Below, one piece after another: positions 8,330 through 17,769 of a DNA stretch of 64,000 bases. Under the pieces are notes generated by a model. It was not told where the DNA came from, ran no database searches, and worked only from the letters and a program-made list of their open reading frames with translations. Every line of letters begins with the position of its first letter. The first letter of the stretch is position 1. The stretch is taken from the NCBI GenBank assembly GCA_964430545.1, contig CAYSFG010000007.1, positions 9,072 through 73,071 on the forward strand, given 5' to 3'. Both the position numbers and the translations under genes were made by a program. Source of the DNA: Candidatus Woesearchaeota archaeon (GTDB taxonomy: Archaea; Nanobdellota; Nanobdellia; SCGC-AAA011-G17; GW2011-AR18).

Positions 8330-10438
8330 TTATGTATTATGTATTATTTTCAATATTTCATCTCCATACTTTATTATTTTTACTTGTCCCAGACCATATA
8401 CATTTTCTAAATCTTTTTTACTTCTAGGCATTTTTTGGACTATATCTATTATAGTTTTATCATTAATTATAATATAAGCAGGTACACTTTGTTCTTTACT
8501 TATTTCAGATCTCCAATATTTTAATTTATTTATAATATTTAAAAAAGGGGTATTTATTTTTAGAGTAGATAATGTTGTTTGTTTATCAATTTTTTTGTCT
8601 GTAGTTATATGATCAATAATTTTTAGCATATCATTTGTTATAAAATTTGTATGTTTTTTCCCAGAATATGTCAAATAAAGATTATTTTTAGCTCTGCTCA
8701 TTGCTACATAAAATAATCTTTTTTCTTCTGCTTCTTTATCATATTCTTCCATTGTTATTAATTCTATTATTGGATGTTCAGTTCCTTTACATGGAAAATT
8801 TAATGTTGTGCAACCTATTATAAATACCATTTCTGACTCTAATCCTTTTATCGCATGTATTGTGGCTAAAGTAACATCTTCTTCATTTGCTAAAACTGTT
8901 CTTCTCATTTCATCGCTTCTTACAATATGTTTTATTTCTCTAACTTTCATTAATTCTGATAGATCATTTAATTGCCTATTAGTTCTTGCTAATACAAATA
9001 TTTGATTTCTAGGGATATTTGCAGCCAGTATTCTTTGTATTACAAATTCAAATTCATTTTCTTCAGAATCAAATTTTAACAATTTAATATCTTTTTCTCC
9101 TTCTATATTTGATTCTAAGTCTGTTAGTTTCATTTCTTTTATTGAATTATTTATTAAATTTACTATTTCTTTTGTTGATCTATAATTTTTTGTTAATATT
9201 ATTTCTTCATATTCTGGATATTTTTCTTTAAAGTTTATTATATAATTTATATCAGAACCTCTCCAGCCATATATTGACTGTCTTGGATCTCCTACACAGA
9301 AAATATTTTTTGCATTGAGTAAATCTATTAATCTTATTTGCACTGAGTTTATATCTTGATATTCATCAATTAATATATAATCAAACTGAGGCATTACTTC
9401 TTTATTTTTTTCAAATAAGCTTATTGCATCAATTAATTGATCTGCAAAGTCTCTTAATCCGTATTTTTTCATATATGCTTCTATATAATTACAAACTGAA
9501 CAAACAAGCTGCGCACTTCTTTCATGTTCTTTATTTGATTGTATATCTATTTTAACATTCTTAAATTTAAAATAATCTCTTACAAAAAAACAATCATTTA
9601 AAAAGATATTAGCTAATTGTTCATCAGTCTTGCTTCTTTTTTGTTGATATGTAAAATATATTTCAATAGCTTGTTTCATGTTTATGTTTAAATTAAATAA
9701 AGCCTTATTTATCATAGTAATCTTATCTTTATAGTCAATAATTCTAACAGTATTTTCATAAATCAAATTATTATGTTTTAATAATAATTTTTCACAAAAT
9801 GAGTTAAATGTTTCAATATTAACTCTTTGAATATTGTTTATTCTTTCTAATCTATGTATCATTTCTTGTTTTGCTTTTCTTGTAAATGTTATAGCTAAAA
9901 TCTTATTAGGATCTGCTGATCTATACTTTATTAGAAATTCTATTCTTTTTACTAAAACAGCAGTCTTACCTGATCCTGCTCCAGCTATGCATAATATATT
10001 TTTATTATTACTTATTATTGCTTTTTTTTGTGGGCCATTGTAATTATCTAAAAATTCTTTAAACACTTCAAATAACTTTTTATCGTTTTCTGTTATTATT
10101 GTTTTTCTTTCAGTAAATGTTATTTTTTTATTTAATGTTGGATTTATTATTTCCTCTCTTCCTTTGTTTGTTAATTCTAAAACCTTCCATATACTATTAT
10201 TTATAGAATTTAATTCTATTAATCGATTATTTAATAAATTATTTATAATATTATGTAATTCATCTTCTGTATAACTCATGCTTCCAAAGCTTTCTTTTGA
10301 TGATAATTTATTTTTAATTATTGATTCGTTTGTTTCATCACCTTGTAAAAAATCTATTAATAATGTCCTTCCAACACCAAAGGGTATTTCATCTAATGCT
10401 ATTAAGATATTTACATAATCTAACTCTTTTTCTTGCAT
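8330..10438 (-). CDS. UvrD/Rep/PcrA-family superfamily-1 helicase with N-terminal winged-helix-like and C-terminal HRDC-like accessory domains
   Basis: Walker A 'CIAGAGSGKTAVLVKR', 'LAITFTRKAKQEM', DEYQD-like 'ILIDEYQDIN' and 'VGDPRQSIY' motifs. C-terminal 'AYIIINDKTIIDIVQKMPRSKKDLENVYGLGQVKIIKYGDEIL' resembles HRDC. Confidence 0.8.
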   Translation of the reverse strand: MQEKELDYVNILIALDEIPFGVGRTLLIDFLQGDETNESIIKNKLSSKESFGSMSYTEDELHNIINNLLNNRLIELNSINNSIWKVLELTNKGREEIINPTLNKKITFTERKTIITENDKKLFEVFKEFLDNYNGPQKKAIISNNKNILCIAGAGSGKTAVLVKRIEFLIKYRSADPNKILAITFTRKAKQEMIHRLERINNIQRVNIETFNSFCEKLLLKHNNLIYENTVRIIDYKDKITMINKALFNLNINMKQAIEIYFTYQQKRSKTDEQLANIFLNDCFFVRDYFKFKNVKIDIQSNKEHERSAQLVCSVCNYIEAYMKKYGLRDFADQLIDAISLFEKNKEVMPQFDYILIDEYQDINSVQIRLIDLLNAKNIFCVGDPRQSIYGWRGSDINYIINFKEKYPEYEEIILTKNYRSTKEIVNLINNSIKEMKLTDLESNIEGEKDIKLLKFDSEENEFEFVIQRILAANIPRNQIFVLARTNRQLNDLSELMKVREIKHIVRSDEMRRTVLANEEDVTLATIHAIKGLESEMVFIIGCTTLNFPCKGTEHPIIELITMEEYDKEAEEKRLFYVAMSRAKNNLYLTYSGKKHTNFITNDMLKIIDHITTDKKIDKQTTLSTLKINTPFLNIINKLKYWRSEISKEQSVPAYIIINDKTIIDIVQKMPRSKKDLENVYGLGQVKIIKYGDEILKIIHNT

Positions 10439-10599
10439 AATTTTAGGTTATATTGATTATTTAAAAAACTATTGAAGACTTAGAAAAATATTATAATAGG
10501 AAAGAGTGAAATATAACACAGACTATAAAAGATATTTTCAACTATTTTTATATTTTTATTTTATTTTTTATATTTGTAATATACACTTTTTCTTGGGAA

Positions 10600-11364
10600 T
10601 TAATACTTAACTTTAGCTATTACTAAATAAGTCTTAAATGAAATATTTAATGGTTCAGATTCTTTACTTAATATTTTTTTAACTTCACACAATATTTTAT
10701 ATTTTTTATTATGCTCTAAAGAGTTCATCCATGAAAAAGAATTTAATAATTGAATATATTTTTCTTTAGAATATTCTAAATATCTTGTATAATCTTTTAT
10801 TTTTATTGAAGTAAACAAACCTGAAGTCCTTAATCTATTTAGAACTTTTTTCCTAGAAGAAAATTTTCTGTCATAATTTAAAGAATTTTTTCTAAATAAA
10901 AGATCTAACTTTTTTAAATACCCTTTATTGTAAATTTGAAAATTCCAAAAAATTGCAACATAACCACTTTTGTTTAATAAATTGTAAGTTTTATTATATA
11001 CAATATTGGGATCTAGCCAATGAAATGCTTGAGCTGATATTATTAAATTAAATTTATCTTTAAAATTATAAGTTTCGAATGATCCAACAACAAAATTTAT
11101 ATTTTTTAATGTATTTTTTTTCTTTGCTATATCTATTAATTCATTACTAATATCTAAGCCAAAAATATGGCAATGGGCTGATTTTTCAAAATCAAAAGTT
11201 GCTTGACCACTACCACATCCAATATCTAAAATTTTACTTTTATTATTAATTTTAGAAATTTTAATTATATCATCAATCAACTTCTGGGGGTAATCAGGTC
11301 TTGAATAATTATATAATTCACTAACTCTACTAAAAGTTGTTTTTAAGTTTCTATTTAATACCAT
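10600..11364 (-). CDS. Class I SAM-dependent methyltransferase
   Basis: Motif I 'ILDIGCGSGQATFDF' with downstream 'FGLDISNELIDIAKKK'. Confidence 0.8.
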   Translation of the reverse strand: MVLNRNLKTTFSRVSELYNYSRPDYPQKLIDDIIKISKINNKSKILDIGCGSGQATFDFEKSAHCHIFGLDISNELIDIAKKKNTLKNINFVVGSFETYNFKDKFNLIISAQAFHWLDPNIVYNKTYNLLNKSGYVAIFWNFQIYNKGYLKKLDLLFRKNSLNYDRKFSSRKKVLNRLRTSGLFTSIKIKDYTRYLEYSKEKYIQLLNSFSWMNSLEHNKKYKILCEVKKILSKESEPLNISFKTYLVIAKVKY

Positions 11365-11383
11365 TTTTATCTCATATATTTTA

Positions 11384-11470
11384 CGAGCCCGAAGGGATTT
11401 GAACCCTTATCTCATGGTTTCTATATTACTACCGTAGCCACGAATTCTATCCAGGTTATACTACAGGCCC
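11384..11470 (-). tRNA. tRNA gene with a short (~13-nt) intron; anticodon not resolved by eye
   Basis: Minus-strand acceptor GGGCCUG/CGGGCUC, T-arm AAGGG-UUCAAAU-CCCUU, discriminator G, anticodon stem CGUGG/CCAUG flanking 20 nt (7-nt loop plus ~13-nt intron). The D-arm and anticodon loop do not fold canonically by hand (apparent A34), suggesting a non-canonical intron position. Confidence 0.55.
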
Positions 11471-11711
11471 AAGTATATCTTGGTATTTATGTTTTTGTTT
11501 ATAAAATATTCTGTTTGTGTTTTTTGATTTAATTTATTTATTTCTGTTCTTTCAATTTTTTATTAATTATTATTTTACATTTTAATTATAGACAATTCTA
11601 GAAATTTGTAAGTCAAGATATATGTTATGTACAAAAGTAGCATATTTTTGTAAAAACACAAGTTTTAAATATTTAAACATATTTATGTTTTTTAACATGG
11701 GGGGGTATAAA

Positions 11712-11957
11712 ATGGTAAGTATTACTTTATCAGTACCAGAAGAAATAAGAAATAAAATGCAAAGTTTTTCAGAAATAAATTGGTCTGGTTTTATAAGAAA
11801 AATTATAATAGAGAAAACAAGAGAACTAGAATGGAGAGAAAATCTAAAAAGTCAATTAAAGAAAGAAGAAGAAGAAATAAATAGATGGAGTTTAGATTTA
11901 GATTTAAAAGCAAAAAATATTAGATTAAAAGAGTTAAAAAGAAAAGGTTTGTTATAA
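11712..11957 (+). CDS. Putative antitoxin (VapB-like partner of the downstream PIN protein)
   Basis: ATG at 11712 is preceded by SD-like GGGGGGT. The listed ORF starts at 11622, but no RBS supports that start. The 81-aa product is charged and coiled-coil-like. Its TAA stop overlaps the downstream ATG in a TAATG coupling. Confidence 0.5.
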   Translation: MVSITLSVPEEIRNKMQSFSEINWSGFIRKIIIEKTRELEWRENLKSQLKKEEEEINRWSLDLDLKAKNIRLKELKRKGLL

Positions 11958-12382
11958 TGCGAGTTGTAGTAGATTCCAATATATTATTTACATTCTTCTG
12001 GAAAGATTCTGCATTTAACCAATTATGTAAACAAAAATATTTACAACTATTATCTCCAGAATATGCTTTAGAAGAAATTAATAAATATAAGGAAGAGATA
12101 ATTGATAAGGTTAAAATCTCTAAAATAGAATTTGAAAAGATAAGGTTAGAATTAGTTAATAGAGTAGATTTTATAAAATTAGATAATTATTCATCTGAAT
12201 TTAATAATATTAAAAAGTTAGCAGAAACTTTTAAAGAAAAATATGATGAAGTTCTAAGAGATATAGACTTTCTTGCTTTAGCATTAAAACTAAATATACC
12301 TTTATGGACGCATGATAAACTGTTAAAAGAACAAGAGAAAATAAAAATATTAACAACTAAGGATGTCATAGATATTATTTAA
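11957..12382 (+). CDS. PIN-domain ribonuclease (VapC-like toxin)
   Basis: 'MRVVVDSNILF' (first acidic residue), '...DFLALALKLNIPLWTHD' (conserved D/T-x-D) and a ~140-aa length typical of PIN toxins. Translationally coupled to the upstream gene. Confidence 0.7.
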   Translation: MRVVVDSNILFTFFWKDSAFNQLCKQKYLQLLSPEYALEEINKYKEEIIDKVKISKIEFEKIRLELVNRVDFIKLDNYSSEFNNIKKLAETFKEKYDEVLRDIDFLALALKLNIPLWTHDKLLKEQEKIKILTTKDVIDII

Positions 12383-12466
12383 GAGAATCAATTAAAAAAT
12401 TCAGAACAATCATTATATACAAAATAATATTGTTAATATTTAACTTTATAATACATAAATCTTTAC

Positions 12467-12865
12467 TTAACTTTTACATAGTTTAATAATTAAATAAAAT
12501 ACTCCTATAACAATAAAAATATCAGCTAAATTAAAAACAGGCCATATTTTAAAGTCTATAAAATCTATAACATACCCATAAATTATTCTGCTAATTAGAT
12601 TTCCAATTGCCCCTGCTAATATTAAATCAAGCCCTAATCTTAAACTTTTATCTTTATAAAAATAGATTATAATAAAGATAATAATTAAACTTAGTATTAT
12701 AAATATAAAATTATTACCTTTGAATAATCCAAATGCTACACCAGTATTTTTTAAATAAGTTAATGAAAAATATTTAAATATATAAATATTTTTGTTAATA
12801 AAATATAATTTACTTAAGAAATCTATTATGATTAATAATATCAATAATATTAAATTCTTTTTCAT
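12467..12865 (-). CDS. lspA: Lipoprotein signal peptidase (signal peptidase II, LspA)-like protein
   Basis: Four TM helices. 'NTGVAFGLF' (N-x-G-x-AFG box), 'AGAIGNLISR' (GN..DR box with Asp replaced by Ser) and 'FNLADIFIVIG' (FNxAD box). Confidence 0.75.
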   Translation of the reverse strand: MKKNLILLILLIIIDFLSKLYFINKNIYIFKYFSLTYLKNTGVAFGLFKGNNFIFIILSLIIIFIIIYFYKDKSLRLGLDLILAGAIGNLISRIIYGYVIDFIDFKIWPVFNLADIFIVIGVFYLIIKLCKS

Positions 12866-12872
12866 TTAAAGT

Positions 12873-13178
12873 CTACTCTTTTGCTATTCTTTCAATTTCT
12901 TGAATTCTTCTGTCTATGTTCTCAAGTTTTTGATTTATTACTTCTAATTTTGTATATATTAATTGTAAATCCTTATCACCAATAATATTATTAGTTGAAA
13001 AATTAGGTTTTTCAACATTTTCAAACCTTGGTCTAAAACCTAAATCTGTATTTTCAGTAGGTGTATCATCATTATTTTCACCAAAATGATTATCTTTTGT
13101 TTCAGAAAAGTTAGAAGATTCTTCTCGGTCTAACTCATCAAACTCTTTTTTATGTTTAAAAAAACTGAATACACCCAT
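12873..13178 (-). CDS. Hypothetical acidic protein with C-terminal coiled coil
   Basis: 101-aa ORF; low-complexity acidic N-terminus and a heptad-like C-terminus (KLEVINQKLENIDRRIQEIERIAKE). Confidence 0.4.
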   Translation of the reverse strand: MGVFSFFKHKKEFDELDREESSNFSETKDNHFGENNDDTPTENTDLGFRPRFENVEKPNFSTNNIIGDKDLQLIYTKLEVINQKLENIDRRIQEIERIAKE

Positions 13179-13214
13179 ACATAATATTTAAATATATGGC
13201 AGTATAAATAACTT

Positions 13215-14735
13215 TTGATTATGATAGAAAAAAAAGAAGTGCTTACGTTATCAGAGATAGAATCTTCTTTAGATAAGATTAAAGATCTAGACAAAAATAA
13301 AGAACTCAAAGAAAAGATTTCTTTTCTTAAAAAATTTTATAAAGATGATGAGTATAAAGATATAAGAACAGAATTAGTTGAAAAATTAGGAAAATTAATT
13401 ACAGATCCAAAAAATTCACAAGTAGAATACAAATTGATTTATGATTCTCTAAATGAAGGTTTAGAGCCTATTTATTATTGGATGTTAGATTTTATGCGTG
13501 ATACTAAACCAGGTGGGTTAGGTCTTGATGTTGATAAAGGCTCTGAATTATTTGAAGCTTCTGTGAGTTCAGGTTATTTCGGTGAAATGGGTCAGAGACT
13601 TAGTTTAATGCAACAAAAAACTATGGAATATATGGGTGTTATTAATAATTTAATTAAAAGTATTCTTAATATTATTTATGATCTTAAAGAATTTGAAATA
13701 AGAATTAAATCTTATGATGATATGAAATCTAATAAACAAGAAGAAAGAGAATCTGCTTCTAAGTCTTTAAAAGGTATTTGGATGGATCAAGTTGATGCTA
13801 AAAAGGGAAGAGCTAGTATTAACTTATTAGCCCAGGATCTTACTTTCGTAACCTTAAGAGATGCTTTTTTTTACGTCAATAATGTTGATGAAGTTGATAA
13901 ATTAGATTTAAATTTAAGAGTTAAAAATATTCTTAAGAGAAAGATTGTAGAATATAATTCATGGGTTGATTATAGTGAAAAAGAAATTAAGAAAAGGTAT
14001 AATATTGAAAAAATTTATTTAAGATCGCAATATGGAACGATTAAATTATATGCTAATTGGGTTAAGCCTTATTTATTGGCTGCTCAAAAATTAAAGATAC
14101 ATGATTTTAAAACTTCAAGTGGTTTACCTTCTCCTGATGTTATAGGTTCTTTTAGTAATATGCAGATGGAATTAAGTTTATATGGCAAAAAAGAAATTAA
14201 ACCTTCTGATATTCATCCTACTTTTATTAATGTTTCTTTAGGTAAGAAATATTATACTGTTATAGAAGTTAAAATGAATTTTAGAAGTCTTCCTTCAACA
14301 TTTGCTGGGCAAGGCGGGAGGCATTATGTTCATTCTGGAAGAACAGATATATCTTTCAGAGGTTTTGTTTTTGACGAGACAGAACTTGAAGTCAGACAAA
14401 AAATGGAATTATATGAAGATATGGAATTAATTGAAAATTATGTGGGTAAAAGTTTATCTCTATTACAAAAAGAGATTGAAGAATATATTACAGAAAAACC
14501 TAAAGAATCCCAAAATGTTAAAAAAAATAATTCTTTATCATTAGAAAATCCTTTTAAAGGATTGTTTGCTGGTTTTAGTGAAATGGTAAACCCTATAAAA
14601 AATGTTTTTATTTCACCTAAAGAACCTGATTTTGTTTATGTTGATCTTATAAAAACTGCTGAGTCTAGTATTAAATTCAGTACTTTTTTAATTTATAATA
14701 TTTATAAAAAGACTCATGGTATGTTAAATATTTAG
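13215..14735 (+). CDS. Hypothetical protein (506 aa), no recognisable domain
   Basis: Long ORF with codon usage coherent with its neighbours; no motif identified by eye. Confidence 0.5.
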   Translation: MIMIEKKEVLTLSEIESSLDKIKDLDKNKELKEKISFLKKFYKDDEYKDIRTELVEKLGKLITDPKNSQVEYKLIYDSLNEGLEPIYYWMLDFMRDTKPGGLGLDVDKGSELFEASVSSGYFGEMGQRLSLMQQKTMEYMGVINNLIKSILNIIYDLKEFEIRIKSYDDMKSNKQEERESASKSLKGIWMDQVDAKKGRASINLLAQDLTFVTLRDAFFYVNNVDEVDKLDLNLRVKNILKRKIVEYNSWVDYSEKEIKKRYNIEKIYLRSQYGTIKLYANWVKPYLLAAQKLKIHDFKTSSGLPSPDVIGSFSNMQMELSLYGKKEIKPSDIHPTFINVSLGKKYYTVIEVKMNFRSLPSTFAGQGGRHYVHSGRTDISFRGFVFDETELEVRQKMELYEDMELIENYVGKSLSLLQKEIEEYITEKPKESQNVKKNNSLSLENPFKGLFAGFSEMVNPIKNVFISPKEPDFVYVDLIKTAESSIKFSTFLIYNIYKKTHGMLNI

Positions 14736-14825
14736 AATTAAGTTTATTTAAAATATTAAAAATAGTTTGTAAAATAATTAATAAAATATAGAAAACTATA
14801 AGAATATACTATCAAATATAATTTC

Positions 14826-16871
14826 ATGGCAAATTTTTATAAATCCTATAAAGGGGCTATGGATGGTCATAATGAGTTTAGTATGTCTATTTCTAAATTA
14901 GGAGCTCCAACTAATCCTATGCATGCTAAGCAATTAGAAGAATTTAATAAATTAGCAAATCAAGGTATTAAAAATATTGAAATTGGTACTATCTCAGCTG
15001 ATAAGTTTGAGTTTATTCCTACACAGCATTTTGATGAAGTAAGAAGATTAGCTAAAATTACAGACTCTAAAGTTTCTGTTCATGGTCCTTTGATTGATCT
15101 TGCAGGTTTTCCATCTGAAGGTCGTGGTGTTTGGACACAAGATCAAAGAAAAGCTTCTGAAGAACAATTATATTCTATTTTACAAAGATCATTTCAATTA
15201 AGTAACGGAGAAAATGTTCCTGTTGTATTCCATGCTGGCCATTTTCAGTCACAAGAATTTGAAAAAAATAAACTACGCACTGTTTTTGATAAAGAAGGAG
15301 AAATAGTAATGGAAGATGCTAAAAGAGGAATACCTAAAACTGAAAAAGAAAGAATGGGTGTTAGAAGTATAGTCGCAGTTAATCAAGATACTGGTGAAGT
15401 AAGACCTTTAGAATGGGATACAAAAAATATAATAGAAGAAGATGGTCAAGTCCATGAAGAAATTTACGATCCTATGAGAAAACTTAGAAGTCTTAACCAT
15501 ACTTTTTGGGATCAGGAAAAGCTTAAAGTTCAAACAAGACAAAAAACTATAGAAGAATTAAAAGAAAGATTATCAGGTAAATTAAAACAAAATGAATCTA
15601 TTGAAAAAACTGGTCTTATCGATAATCCTGAATATATACATACTCATCAACAAAACGAGAGAGATATTAATTGGTTAAATTCACATATTAATAATGAATC
15701 AAGTAATTTACGTTCTGAATATCAAGATTTATATGATAGATTTAGTAAATTCGCTTCTGAAGAACAAAAAAAAGATTTTATGAAGGTTATACAAAATACA
15801 CAAAAAAATTTAAAAGATTTAAAAAACGATCAAAAAAAAATAAAAGATGAATCAAAAGAACTTAATGAGAAAAGAAATGAAATAGCAAAAAAACTTAATG
15901 AAACAAGTAATGAAGAAGAAACACAAGAATTAAAACAGTCATTTCATAGAGTAAATGAACTTTTAAATAGAAAACAAATGGAATATTTTAATATTGAAAC
16001 TGAAAAAGCAAAAGAAATGGTTAATACTCTAGGTAATACTGAACCTCCTAAACTTTGGCGTGCAGTTGGTGAATTTGCTATTGAGAAGTCTGCAGAAACA
16101 GTAGGTAATGCTTTATCTAGGTTATATTTAAATCTTAAAAAAGAAGGTAAAGAAAAACAAACTCCATTTATTGCTTTAGAAAATTTTTTTGTAAACTCAC
16201 CTATGTCTACAGCTGAAGAATTAAAAAAAGCAGTTAAAAAAAGCAGAGAAGTTTTAGAGAAAAATCTAATTAAAGATGGTATTAATGAAATTGAAGCTAA
16301 AAAAGCTTCTGAAATACTTGTTGGTGCTACTTGGGATGTTGGTCATATTAATAATTTAAGAAAAGCAGGTTTTGAAGGTGAAGAATTAAAACAATTAGTA
16401 CTTGAAGAAACTTCCAAAATAGCAGAATTAACAAGGCATGTTCACGTTACAGACAATTTTGGTTTCCATGATTCGCATCTTCCTCCAGGAATGGGTAATG
16501 TTCCTATTCGTGAAATTATGGAAAAATTAGAAAAAACTTGGGCTAAATTAGAAAAAGAAGGAAAACTACCACAATCACCTAGAAGTATTGTTGAAGCTGG
16601 TGGTTTCGTAGCTGAAATTGGGCAGAATCCTACTTTAGCTATTCTTGAATATTTCGGTAGTCCTTTGTATAATATGCCTAATAGTCCTTATTCCTGGGGC
16701 CCTAATGTTAGTAATGTAGGTCATACTTATACTCCTTATAATGAATCATTTATAGAATTTCCACAACAACACTTTAGTTTATATAGTTCTAGTTTTACTA
16801 CATTACCTAAATCTGTTGGTGGTCAAGTTGGTGGAGAACAATCAAGACTAAGTGGAACACCAAATCAATAA
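14826..16871 (+). CDS. Xylose-isomerase-like TIM-barrel (AP-endonuclease-2/Endo IV superfamily) protein split by a ~300-aa charged coiled-coil insertion
   Basis: N-terminal 'NIEIGTISADKF...KVSVHGPLIDLAG' resembles the Endo IV HAPYLINLAS region. C-terminal 'GATWDVGH...HVHVTDNFGFHDSHLPPGMGNVP' resembles the HLHLNDS...H...G.G metal-site region. Between them lies a long K/E-rich heptad region (residues ~230-520). Confidence 0.5.
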   Translation: MANFYKSYKGAMDGHNEFSMSISKLGAPTNPMHAKQLEEFNKLANQGIKNIEIGTISADKFEFIPTQHFDEVRRLAKITDSKVSVHGPLIDLAGFPSEGRGVWTQDQRKASEEQLYSILQRSFQLSNGENVPVVFHAGHFQSQEFEKNKLRTVFDKEGEIVMEDAKRGIPKTEKERMGVRSIVAVNQDTGEVRPLEWDTKNIIEEDGQVHEEIYDPMRKLRSLNHTFWDQEKLKVQTRQKTIEELKERLSGKLKQNESIEKTGLIDNPEYIHTHQQNERDINWLNSHINNESSNLRSEYQDLYDRFSKFASEEQKKDFMKVIQNTQKNLKDLKNDQKKIKDESKELNEKRNEIAKKLNETSNEEETQELKQSFHRVNELLNRKQMEYFNIETEKAKEMVNTLGNTEPPKLWRAVGEFAIEKSAETVGNALSRLYLNLKKEGKEKQTPFIALENFFVNSPMSTAEELKKAVKKSREVLEKNLIKDGINEIEAKKASEILVGATWDVGHINNLRKAGFEGEELKQLVLEETSKIAELTRHVHVTDNFGFHDSHLPPGMGNVPIREIMEKLEKTWAKLEKEGKLPQSPRSIVEAGGFVAEIGQNPTLAILEYFGSPLYNMPNSPYSWGPNVSNVGHTYTPYNESFIEFPQQHFSLYSSSFTTLPKSVGGQVGGEQSRLSGTPNQ

Positions 16872-16932
16872 TTAAGAAATTTATTTTACTAATTTTATTG
16901 ACTATTGTACAAACTACTTTTTTACATTTTCC

Positions 16933-17769
16933 TTATTTTATCATTTTTCTCTTTTTAGATTCTGATTCTTTTAAATAATTTTTATCACTAACAACATTTT
17001 TTTTAGTTTCAATTGCAAGATTTTTTCTTGCATCTCCAGCTATCTTTCCACCTTTATAAGCAGCATCTTTATTTTCAAAAAATCCTTGTGCATCATTAGT
17101 TCTTGCTATTTCTGTAGTTGCTTTCTCTCCTAACATAGAAAAAATTAATTCTAAATCAGTCATATGATCTCTAAGGTTTTGTCTATCTAATTTCTTAAAT
17201 ATTTTATATTCTTCAACTGTCTTTCCAAATGTAGCCTTGCTTATTTCATTTGTTAATATTGCATATTCTGTATTTTCTTTAATTCCTCTATTTTTCCATT
17301 CATCTGTTAATTCTTGTCTTACTGCTATCCCTCTTACTCTTTTTTCTATCCAATCATCAGAATATCCTTTAGCTCTATAAAATTCTTTCATTCTTTTTTG
17401 AGCAAGTTCAGGATCTTCTATTTCTTGTATTCTTTCATATCCTACTTGTGCTAACCATTGCTTAAATGGTTCTGCTTTAGGTGATGGTATTGATTGGATT
17501 ATTCTAAATAAATCCTTTGTATTTGCACAATCTGTTTCTCTTAATTTACCATCTAAGGCTAATAATTTCAAGTGTCGACAAATTGTCGATAGTTCAAATT
17601 TACTAGATTCTTGTTCTCTTTGTTTTAGTTTATACCAATAATCATTAGGATCTAGACTATCAGTTAATGCTTTAACTATATCTACTACAGAAAAATACCA
17701 TTCATCATTATACCATATTCTTCTTATTTTCTTATCTTGAAAAACAACTAATGCTTTATCTTGTTTCAT
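16933..17769 (-). CDS. Bro-N domain protein, DinD-like (DNA-damage-inducible protein D/phage antirepressor-like)
   Basis: N-terminus 'LVVFQDKKIRRIWYNDEWYFSVVDIVKALTDS' matches the Bro-N/KilA-N consensus (F....IR.....GEPWF...DVA..LG). The overall layout resembles E. coli DinD. Confidence 0.7.
   Translation of the reverse strand: MKQDKALVVFQDKKIRRIWYNDEWYFSVVDIVKALTDSLDPNDYWYKLKQREQESSKFELSTICRHLKLLALDGKLRETDCANTKDLFRIIQSIPSPKAEPFKQWLAQVGYERIQEIEDPELAQKRMKEFYRAKGYSDDWIEKRVRGIAVRQELTDEWKNRGIKENTEYAILTNEISKATFGKTVEEYKIFKKLDRQNLRDHMTDLELIFSMLGEKATTEIARTNDAQGFFENKDAAYKGGKIAGDARKNLAIETKKNVVSDKNYLKESESKKRKMIK

Noticed and set aside
8808-10043. Plus-strand ORFs 8808..9005 and 9834..10043 inside the UvrD helicase gene
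   Set aside because: Antisense to a gene with intact helicase motifs.
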